A DNA stretch of 64,000 nucleotides, taken from positions 33,046,001-33,110,000 of the forward strand of contig OZ241830.1 in NCBI GenBank assembly GCA_965202585.1, given 5' to 3'. Of the stretch, positions 45,201-57,200 are shown in pieces; the stretch's first letter is position 1; every line of letters begins with the position of its first letter. Source of the stretch: Thalia democratica (Eukaryota). A program made the translations under genes and the position numbers. The notes beneath the pieces were generated by a model, which saw only the letters and a program-made list of their open reading frames with translations, had not been told where the DNA came from and ran no database searches.

Positions 45201-48200
45201 CACTTACTATGTTATCAAATTTGGTTTGTTTTAGTTTAAACTATTTAAAATTTTACATAGAATCTGTGTATAACAATTAATAAAATTTATTGTTATTCAG
45301 GTGAACTGATACTGAAGAACGGTCAAAGCGAAGGACTCATCATAGTAGAGTTGCCTCAGGTGCCACTATCAAACGAGAAGGAAGTTATTGTGGTTGCTCT
45401 TGAGAATCCTACCAGCGGAGTTGCTAAGATTGGAAGTGTCGGAAGCTGCAATGTTACTGTCAATCATAACAACGGTAGACTTATATTGAAACATTTATAA
45501 AACATTAATTACACTAATTAAATTTAATGGTTTTGTTTGCTGTCTTTAAACTTAAGTATTAATTCTTTATCCTCATTAAATTTAATTGTATTTAGTTTTG
45601 AATAAGTCTTTCTAAGACTTAAATTTTTTGACAATTGTTAAAAAAACTGAACTGTCTATTAACGCAACATTCCAATACTAAAATACCAAAAGTTTAAACA
45701 TTTTAAAATATTTATCAACCACAACTCACAGGCGAGGGAGTAGTTGAAATGGCATCATCGAAAATAACAGCGTCATCAGACGACGGTGACGTCACAGTGA
45801 GAATGGTGAGGAGAATGGGAGGCGCTTTCCCGGCTGAAGTCAATTGGTCGGCTAAAGACGGTGATGCGCTGTTCGGCGAACATTACGACCTTAGTTCAGG
45901 TTTGTGTAGGAATTTATTTTAAAGTATCGATGCATATAAAGCTTGGTTTTGTTTTTAGGTCACAGCAATTAAGAAATATCAAAAAACAAGATTTTATGTT
46001 CAAGTTAAAAGTTTTATTTTGTTCTTAGTATCGTTGATAAGAAGAACAACTTATATATACTACCTCACCGGCTTAAACTTAAAATCAATAAAAAGTTAAT
46101 AATTATTAAACTTATGAATTCTCAACAGGAACAATCCGGTTCAAGTCGGGTGAGACGACAGCTGATATTTCAATTCCTCTATTGAACGATCCGAGCGGAG
46201 GAAAGAGGAGTTTTTCAGTTACAATTGATGAAGTTAGGGGAAGAGACCGTGTCGGAGACAAATCCACATCGAAGATAATCGTTGCCAACCAAGCCAGTGA
46301 GTTTTGAAATTTTATATAAAAAAGAAAAGCCTTAACATCAATGTGTTATACGTAGAGCATAAAATACTTTAAACATTAAAAAAAAAGTTTAGTTTGATAA
46401 GTATCTGAACTAAGTTTAAACTTTTCTTCTATAACTTTAATCATATGTAAAAAGCTCTTTTAAATTTATAATGATTTTTTTAGTAAATTAGGTTTAATAA
46501 TACACACAATTTGTCTTCCACAGTGCTACCAAGTTCAATCACGAACGTGGAGGCGGAACTGACGGACGCAAGGACGATCATCGTGAAATGGGAGGACACT
46601 GTGAAGGGAGGACCAACCGACGGGTACAAGGTCACTGTGTGGGACAGCTCAAATAAGGCGCAGACTATCAACGTGTCAAGTGATGTCAGTTTGAATATTT
46701 GCTTGGAAATATTTTCTTTTGGATATGAACGATAATAAAAAAACACGATTTATATGATCTAAATATTTTTGGGAACAACTATAATAGAATGGTAAAGAAT
46801 CGCTGAAATATAAACATAGTTATCGTACAACCTTTAATAACCTTTTTTGTATCTTATAACACTTAATAGTAATTTGGACTGTTCTTATAATACAGGTCGA
46901 CCAAGTGGTTATCCAGGACTTGGTACCACTCGCCCAATACCAGATAATGGTCCAACCTTACAACGAGGTTGGAGACGGTCCCGCTTCTAAAAAGATCACT
47001 ATCGAAACACCAGCTGGTAAGTTTAATACAAGTATTAAGTCTTGAAGTTTGCTGTCATGAAGGAATAACTCAAATTGAGTTTTTTGTTAATAATTTTTTT
47101 TTTGTTAAGTCTATAGACAATACAAAAGTTATAGTTTAAAAAATTTTCAAAAAATAAGGAAAGTGAAGCGATCAAAATATAAGCAGTATTATTATTTACA
47201 AATTGTCCTTAAAATTTAATGAACTTGTATTTTAATGTGCCTATTAGAAAAACCTACAACTTGATATTCAACACAGTTCCGGGTACAATTGGATTCGCTA
47301 AGGAGAAAGTGCAAGTAAAACAGACTGAAAAGAAACTTGTGTTGAAATTAGTAAGAAGATGTGGATCTAACGGAAGAATTGTTGTACCCTGGGCGATCAA
47401 GTCTGATGTTGATAGCTCTGTTTATAAGGTAAATTAAGTTGTCTACATAAGTAAGAGAGTTATAAAGTTTTTAAGAATACTTATTTATCAGTGAAGCATA
47501 AAAACCAACTAAAAAAGTCAATATTTTTTTTATTATTTGCGACGAAGTACCTAACTGTCTTTTTATACGTATTCGGTTTTTAGAACTTTACTTTCTTTAG
47601 AAAAGCTTTAGAAAACACTACTAAAATTATAAGTTTAATATAGTTAATAGAATATAAATTATATAAAAACTAAACAGGATATGCACGGTCATGAGACATT
47701 CAAAGACGGTGAAAAAGAAAGTCACATCAACATTGACTTGCCAAGATCGCCACAAAAGAGCGAGAAAGAAAACTTTATGTTAGTAGATGCTTAGCAATCA
47801 AACTAAACATTTATATTTACAACTAAATAATTAAATAAAAATTACGAAAATAGTGTTTGAAATTTTTCACCAAAGTAATAACTTAGTTTATTTTCTGACT
47901 AAAAATACAGTTTTATTTTATTGAAAAACAAACAGCGTCACTCTCGGTCAACCGTCGGGCGGTTCGACGCTGAATGACGTCACGGAATGTCACGTGACAG
48001 TAAGTCATGACGTCATGTGCGGAAAAGTTGAGTTTGACAAGAACGTGGTGAAAGTTGTGCAGACGGACGGTGAGATCAGCATTCCGATAAAGAGAAGCTT
48101 CTACACCGAAGGTATATTTACTACTTAACAATTAGAACTTTGCTAAAAATTTAAGGTTGTTATTTTTTAGTTCTGCCAGATAAACCATTTTAGTATTGTA

Positions 48201-51200
48201 AAACTATAATAAAACTAAACTATTTTAAACTTAATACTAAACTTTTAAGTTGTTTAACACATGTGTCACAGACCTTAAGCATAAAGTCTTATGCGATATT
48301 GAACTAATGTTTCAAGTCGGTATTAAAAATTATAATGATTTAATGTAAAGTATAAAAATAAAGTAAAAATATTTACTCTATTAAAACAAGTTATTTGAAA
48401 TTTGTTTAAGATTTAAACTTTTATACAACTACTTTTTCTTTACTTAGCGTTTTTTATCTTTTTAATTGTTATAAGAAATATTATTGTTTGTAATTGTAGC
48501 TTCATAGCAATTTGTTTTAGTTTAATAAAAACCACAACTGTTTCATACATATAAAAATTCTACACACAGTTACATTTTCTTTTCCCAACTTAATGAAAGT
48601 TGCGAAATTTCAAAGCGCGCTCAAACTTTCAAAAGCCACTTGAAACACAACAAAGAACATATTATAGGTAAGGTGAAAATCCCGTGGAAAACAATAGTCG
48701 GCGACGACCAAGCAGATTCTCCATACGCCAACCTCAGCGGCATTGAGACGTTTGAGGATGGAGAAAAGAGCTCGCACATAGAAGTGAAGATTCCTCAGTT
48801 ACCACGCGACTGCAAGCAGGATCTTTTCGAAGTTGTGCTTAGTAATCCTTCAAGTGATGTGGTGCAAGTCGATGACGGGGAGAAATGCTCCGTCGTTGTT
48901 AAAAATAACATTGGTTCGTACTTAATTACTTTAAATAACCTTTTCTTATTATAAATTTCATAATATAAAATTGTAAAAAAAAAAATGTTTTGGTTTTGTA
49001 TTAGTCTGATTGTACTATCGGGTATTTTTTTTAGTGTACAACTGTTGATCATTAAATCTTAAGAAAATCTTATATAATAAAGCTTTTTTACAGCAAACGC
49101 CAAACTGTCGTTCACTGAAACAACGAGAGAAGTGAACCAGAGCGAGGGAAGAGTGCAGCTGGTAGTGAGGAGAGAAGAGCAGATGAGAGGAGAAATTATC
49201 CTTCCGTGGAAGATTGTTCCACAGAGTCCCGACTCCGTGTACGTTGGAATGAGAGGTTTGAAATTATTTCAAGAACTCAATTTGTTTTTATTTTTATTTT
49301 TAGTATCTGTTTTACCTTTAAAGCTTGAATAAGCTATGTAATCACAAGTTGTACACTTATACTTAAAAAAATTGTACTCAAGTTAACTAAAAAACAAAAT
49401 GAAATTCTGAAAACAACACAGGAGAAACGATAATGAAGGACGGTAATGACGAGGGAATTGTCACTGTTGCCCTGCCGCAATTACCGCTTCCAGACCAGCA
49501 CGAGACAATTGTGGTCATCATGGACCATCCACAAGGAGCTCCAGCAGTCCTTGCTGATGAATGCATATCTACCATCACCGTCAGAAACGACCTCGGTATG
49601 TGTTCAAAATTTTTGTGACGTAGTAAATATAGGAATGATTGGTGATTATTTTTTTCAATTAAATATTTAATAGTATTTTAAAACATTATTTTCTCTTTTA
49701 ACTTTATCAATTTTGTTTATTAAAGTTTTTAAAAACATATTGCTCTTTTTACTTATTAAAGTTAGTTAAAAAGAAACAGTCTCGGCAATGCTTGTATAAA
49801 TAAACTTTTTATCCTTAACTTCATAGGCGAGGGAGTGATCGAGATGAAGAGCAACGAAGTGAATGGAAGCAGCAGAGATGGCGAAGCTAACGTGACTTTG
49901 TTGAGGAAAATAGCTGACGAGTTTGCAGCTACTGTTAGTTGGTCGGCTCAGAATGGAAGCGCATTGTACAAAACTCATTACACTCTCAATCAAGGTTAGA
50001 AAGTGTGAAAGTGTTAGAAATAATAGAGCTGGTAGTTGTTAAGTTTAAAAGCTTATATACTACATAAAGTACTTAGCCTACTTAAAGATAACTGTTTAAA
50101 TGTTTATCTATTTATTGCAAACTGTAAATAAATAAAAACTTTTAATTATACTTTTAATCTAAAAGGTTATCATAAATTTTTGCTTCTTATACATTTTATA
50201 AAAAAAGAGATTTAAAAAATTAATAGAAATAAAAAAAAGTTATAAGTTATTTTTTGTATGATAATTTTTTTTATTAATTAATTTAAGCATTTAATTGATT
50301 CTTATTTTTACCTATAACGTATTCATAGATTATTTTTTGATTTTAAGTTTGAATACTAAGTACTAATGTGATCAAATTTGTATGCAAAAAGGTGTTGTCA
50401 AGTTCAAGCCTGGTGAGAAGGAAAGGAGAATTACAATTCCATTGCTGAACGACCCGTCTGCCCAATCACGTGATTTTTACGTCACAATCGACAGTGTGGA
50501 AGGAAGAGACCAGAAAGGAGAAAAGACTAAATGCAAGGTGGTAGTCAGCAATGAAGCAGGTTAGATGATATTTTTTTTACATGACTGTTTATAAAAAATA
50601 AACCTAAAACTATAATAGTATTTTGTTTGTAAAAAATAAAATACAACTTTTTATGTATTAGTATTTCTTCAACAGCTATGTATGTTATGCAAAGTAGACA
50701 CACTATTACTTTCTAACTAAACATCAAAGTTTCAACATATTTTTTCGGCTTAGAGTTTTGGAAATTTGAATTTTAAAAATATTCTATTAATTTTCTTAAT
50801 CAAGACACATTTTTGTTTATGTTTTAATATAGTTTGTTAATGAATACAGTTACAGATGTAAAGCAATATATCCTAGTTAGCATTTTTTCAAGTAGTATTT
50901 TTTTAATTATAAATCAATATAATTAACTTCACCACAGTACCACCATCGGCTGTAAGCGATTTGTTTGTGAGCGTGCTGAACGAGAGAAGCGTCATGGTGA
51001 CGTGGAACGCCGCGGATGACGTCATACCCGTCACCGGTTACGTCATTAGCTACTGGAAGGAGTCGTCGAGGAGCGAAGTTGAAACAATCATCATTCCTCC
51101 CGAGGTTTGAACATGTTTTATAAACTATCTATTTTATTACTGTTATAACATATTTTGTATAAAAAATCACAAGCCTGTGTTTACGTTCTTATAAACAATG

Positions 51201-54200
51201 CAGGCGGAACAAGCAAGTTTGGAAGGATTGGAGCCCAACACATCTTATCACTTCAATGTTCGTGCGACCAATGATGCTGGAGAGTCCATTCCATCAGAAA
51301 CAATTGATGTTGAAACCCCGCCAGGTTTTTAAAAATATATGTTTTTACTTTTTTTAACTTGAGATGCTTTAATTGAGAATTTTGGATAATTATCTATACT
51401 TATTTTGTTCAAAATTTAAAAACATTTTTTTTTAAATATTTTTATGCAAAAAATGGAATTAAAACTAGTCTGTTTCAAAATTAATATATTAAAAAAAACT
51501 ATAAAAACATACATCTAAATATGCTATTGACAATAATAAAACAGTAATAAAAAATACTTTCTTACCAACAGAACTTGGAGTGATATCTGTTGCACTGAAA
51601 TCTGCAGCGTGCAAGCAGAGCGACGGCAAGATCAAGGTGAAAGTGTTGAGGGAAGTGCTCACTAGGGGTCGCGTCGTCGTGCCTTGGAGCATTACGTGCC
51701 CCGACGCCACTTCTCCCTACAAGGACCTTCACGGTCTGGAGACGTTCAAGGACGGCGAGGGAGAAAGTCACATTGAGATCGAGCTTATGGAAGAACCGAG
51801 AGCGACAACTAGCGACGGATTCATGTTTAAATTTTTTATAATTTTTCATTTTACCTTAGTTTATATTGAAGATCATACTTTCTTTAGAATATTTTTCTTC
51901 GGCCTTTTTAAGTAATAAAGAATTATGTGACGAACTATAACTTATTTTTGAAATTTTGATTATCAGTTTTGGGCATACTAATTTTAGTTTGGTTTATTAA
52001 AGCCGTTTCATTTTGATAAGTGTGAAGTATTTATTCCTTTATTAACAATTAAACTGAAAGTAAAGCATAACAAACTTAATAAAATCGCATCATATTTCAC
52101 AGCATCAAGCTGGGTCAGCCCACTGGAAGCGCTCTCCTGTCAACCGACAACTCGACGTGTCACGTGACCATTCAAAACGACATCAAGCCAGGACTAATAT
52201 CCTTCAAAGAAACAAGTATCAAGTTCGACCAATCGTCGAAGGACAAGATCGTGCTAAAGGTGCTCAGAAGCGAACCGCGCAAGGGCAAGGTCCAAGTTCC
52301 GTGGAGCGTGACGAGCCACACTCAGGATTCCCCCTACCAGAAACTCAACGGCGTTGAGACGTTTGAGGACGGCGAGAAGGACTCGCACATCGAGATAGAC
52401 GTGCACAAGCTGCCGAGGAACGCGGTGGTCGACAAGCTGGCGGTGGTGCTGGGCAAGCCGAAGTCGGCGAACGCAGTGTTGGATGACAAGTTGAGCAGGT
52501 GCGACATCACCATCAACAATAACATTGGTTGGTTTTTGTTTTAGTTTTTTTTTTTTTGATTGCTGAAAACTTTAAGGAATAGTTGATTTGTTTAAAAATG
52601 ATCGTCTCATTATAAAATAGTTACAAGAAAAGTTTTATGTGGTTGATTAAAATAAAATTAAATTAAAATTTCTGTACAAATTCAAATAAAAGTCACTTTA
52701 AAACTACTTTCATATTTTTAACTAAAATACTGATTTAGTTTTAGTACTTATATTAAGTGTAGTATACATTCTGTTCTATTCAAATACAAATTTATGAATG
52801 CATATTTGTTTTATTTGTAGCACCGGGAATAGTCGAGTTGGTGCCAATCAAAGATGAAGTTCGTCAATCAGACGGAAAAGTTCAGGTGAAAGTAACAAGA
52901 ACCACAAGAACAATTGGAACTTGCTCCGTGCCGTGGAAAATAATTACCAAGTCTAATGACTCTGTATACACCAACCTGAATGGTTAATATTTGTTGTAGT
53001 GAATTTTATTTTCTAAACTAAACAGTAACTTTTGTTGCAACATTTTTTGAGACAACTTTAAAATGAAAAAACAATTAATGAAAAAAATCCTTATACAGGC
53101 AACTAATGTATTTTATAGTTAACATAGATTCGAACATAAAAAGGCAATAAGCTATCAGTAAAAACACAATACTTTAAAACTACAAGCTCTCTGTTCAATA
53201 AGAAATACTTTCCGCTAACAGGCACACTCGTCATCGACGACGGTAAGGACCAGGCCACGGTCGACGTCCCACTACCAAGAACGGCCTTGCCAAACCAGCA
53301 CGAGGAAATCAACTTGGTCATCAACGAGCCGTTCCCGCGCGACCAGTTCAAACTGGGCAAGGTGACGTCATGCGGCATTGACGTCACGCACGACGTGGGA
53401 GAGGGAGTGGTTGAGATGTTCGCCGACGAGATCAGCTGCCCGACGGTGGAGAACGTCGAGGCCAACGTGAGAGTGCTGAGGAAGATTGCTAGCTCGTTCG
53501 CTGCAGAGGTTCAGTGGGTGGCGGTTGATAAGGACGCTGTGTTCAACAAGCATTACAGAGCTAACAAAGGTTAGAAAATAAGTGATGCTCATTTTAAATA
53601 GCTTTTTTTTTTAATAGAAACTAGCTTGAAATTAAAAACTCAGTTATTAATTTTTAGTTACATTAATTAATTATACTAATTTCATTAATCTTTTTTTTTC
53701 TTAAGAAAAATATAAGTTTATAAACTGTGCATAATTTTGTTTACTATGTCTCGATAAACTTCAACAAACTTGAAGCAACGAAAAAAAAATTGTTCTAGCA
53801 GTTTAACCACTAACTAGTAAAACTTTTTAAACATTTGATTCAGGCACAATCAAGATGAAGGCGGGAGAGTCGGAAGCGAGCATCAAGATCCCACTCGTCA
53901 ACGATCCATCGGGAACATCCAGGCACTTCGTGGTGAAACTTGTTAAAGTTGTGGGAAGAGATCAGATGGGAGACAAGACGAATTGTAAAGTTAACATCGT
54001 CAACAAAGCCAGTAAGTTGCTCGAAAGAGTCTATAGGGTTCAAATATACTAAATATAATAAATTTAATTTAAAAATTGTTTCTTTATATTCAATACGTAC
54101 ATGAACTGTAGATTGTTAGGTGGTTGCTGTTAAATAGTTCTGTAAGACTTACTCACTTTCCGTAAATGTTATTTAACTTTAAGTTTTTTAGCAGTTGATC

Positions 54201-57200
54201 AAAGTAGCTCTTAAGATAGTTCTAAGCTTTTAGTATTTAAAAAAAGTTGTTAATAAAATTACTTTAAAGTATTTTTCAACTAATTGTTTCTTTTAACGTA
54301 AAGATAATTACCAAAACTAAAACATTCCTAACTATTTAAATTTAACACAGTGCCACCGAAAGAAGTGAGCAAATTTGAAGCGAAACTGACTGCTCCGACC
54401 ACAATCAGGTCAACTTGGACGGCACCCAAGTCAGGAGGAGGAGTCGAAAGTTACAGGGTCAGCTACTGGAAGGCGCCTAATAAAGTTAAAACAATGGAAA
54501 TACCGCAAAATGTAAGATTGCTTTGTAAACACTAATATTTTCACAAAAAAAATTATTAGAAGATTATAAAAATAAAATTTTATACGCACTTAGAAACTTA
54601 TTTTTGGTAAAAAAAGTAGTCAAAGAAACTATTTTTTAATAATCTCAACAAAAAAATATTTTTTTTATCTTTTAAAAACTATTAGGTGCAAGAAGCGATT
54701 TTGGAAGACTTGGAAGCAAACACTCAGTATTCAGTAAATGTGAGAGCATGCAATCAGGCCGGAGTTGGTGAAGCAAGCAAAACAATAAATGTACAAACTC
54801 AACCAGGTTTGTATAAAAAAAATATTAACAGCTCTTTGAATTATATTATAGATTAATTTAATATCTTACACATTTATAAATTCTAAATATGCATTCATTA
54901 GTCTTGCACAGTTAAGATAACTTAATACTTCCCAATTTTCTACTTTATAGACTAGTTGCTGTTATTCATAGTAGTCTTTCAAATTACAACTATAGAGATA
55001 TAGATAAGCAAATAAATATTTTTACACTCTTAATGTATGTTTTTGTTTTTTTTTTATTTAACAGGTAATAACTAAATATTCTTGTTTATGTTTGTAAAAC
55101 TTTAGTCTTAAAACTGTAGACCGTATTATACAGAAAGTATAACAATCTATTACAGATCTAGCAATTTCATACCAAGCTCTGCAGAGAGTCAAGGCAAGCG
55201 AAAAGAAGGCAAACTTCAAACTGACCAGGAACAGGAGCACTTTCAGAGAGACGGTCATATGGAACATTGTCAAGCAAGTGAAGAAATCCTCAACAAAATC
55301 AACTGGATCCATGCTTAGCTCTGCCTCTAGGTAGAAAAAAAATTAGTGCAGTCAAATACAAGTGTTTTTGAAAAATTAAGCATAAATCATACTTCGACTT
55401 TGAAATCCTTTGAAAGCTGACTTTAAACTGTACTATATTTTACTCATTTTTATTAAGCCTTATTAAGTATTTTTAAGTTTTCTTTGTGTTTATGAAAAAT
55501 CTTACTATGTATTAATTAATACGGTAGTTTATAGGTTGTTTTAGAAATTGCTGTAAAAAAATATTACATATAGTGAAAACCTTAAGTTTATATAAACATA
55601 ACAGAAAACTGCTATAGTTTTCAGTTAAAACATAAATAAATGTCTAATAAACCAAATTCCACAGTACATTGTCGATAATGTCGAGTAGTGATGATGAGCA
55701 GCAACAACAGACTTTCACAAAAACTTCAGGAATGCTTGGTACCAAGAAAGTTACCCACGTCACAAAGGGGGTTATTGAGTTTCCTGAGAAATCTGATCAG
55801 GTCAGCATAACATACTACTATTTAGCTAAATTTAATTCAAAACTATAAATGTCTATGTAACCATAATAAGAAGTATTTCGCTCATAGTAAGTTTACTAAA
55901 ATTGTATAAAACCTCATGGAGGTTATATTCTTTTTTTTTTACAACAAGGATTATTACAGTTTTAGAAAACACCAGTACAATGAAAATATTTATAAAACTA
56001 CTACCTGTACTAACTTATCGAAATACTTTCAGGTAATCATCGAATTCCCACTCCCTCAACGAATGAAGCACTCTTCCTCAATCTACCACCTGATAGTGAG
56101 GAGAAAGGCGAAGAAGGAAGAGACAGAAGAAATGGTTGAAAGGGAAAGCCCCTTGGTTAATGCCGAGTTACATGTCATCAATGATTGTGGTAAGATTTTT
56201 ATTTCATTTTTGCTACGGAAAATAACTTTAAGTTTTACATCATTTAGCTCATAGTCTTTTTTGTCATTATTTATGAGAATTTGAAAACTCGTCGTAAAAT
56301 CATAAAGTTTATGAGTTATTTTTTATGTTATTAAGAGTTACATATTTCGGTGTAAAAAAACACTTTGTAGAATTTATTTTTAATTAAAAAGCTTTTTTTT
56401 TGTAACTTACAACAAACCTTACTTTACACAGTTGACAACTAAAAACAAGTTATTCAAACAACAACATATTATCACAGGATACCCAGGACGAGTGAAGAAG
56501 CCGATAGTGAGCACGGAAGTTCCAGGAGAAATGACGGTTAATTGGGAGCAGCCGGAAGAGGGAGGTCCCGTGGAAGGATATAAAATTATTGCCAGGACTA
56601 AAGGTTAAACATAGTTTAATGTTTGATAAAAATATACCGAAAGGATAAAATACTTTATGTTTAAAGTCCAAAAAAAGTTTTGTTACACTGTGCAAAAAAA
56701 ATTAGTTGAATATAATTATGTATAAACTAAATAAAAGATAGTATAAAATGTTAGTAATAAATAAAGTTTGTCTCCTTAAATTCAAACAAGTTGAGAACTA
56801 TTTGTGTTCAATTTAGAACCTAAATTATATACATCTATATAAACTAAATATCTAAAACAAAGCACAATTACAGGACAAAAGGATATTATTCAGCGAGTTA
56901 GCAAAGGAGTGTACACATACACGTTTACACAGCTGACTTCATCGACCCAGTATGACGTCACAATATACGCTTACAATCACGTTGGCGAGGCGAGAGCGTC
57001 AAAGACTGTACATTACACCACACAAGAAGGTAATATAAGGATTCTTAATACGTTTTAACTCTGCTTTTTATGTATGGTGTTTGTTTTTAGTTTGTGTAAG
57101 TTAGTTACACTTATTTTTGTCAACGACAACTGTTTTTATTATTCAAAATTGAACTTATAAAAAAGTATTAGTTTGCTATAGCTGTTTGCAAACCTTTTTT

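Larger units (their letters stand above)
124..54011 (+). repeat. Coding tandem array of 15 super-repeats (FN3 + 4 Calx-beta, about 541 aa, about 3.2-4.4 kb genomic each)
   Basis: The same ordered exon set with the same lengths and phases recurs 15 times. Exons align between units; introns do not. Confidence 0.95.

Noticed and set aside
124-54011. Tandem cluster of 15 paralogous genes, or a pseudogene
   Set aside because: Every I-to-A junction is an ordinary short phase-1 GT-AG intron with no stop, start or UTR. I found no frameshift or in-frame stop.
1108-54052. Dozens of short ORF-track proteins as separate genes
   Set aside because: The plus-strand ones are exons reading into introns and the minus-strand ones are antisense shadows of exons. 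Their Met starts are not real.
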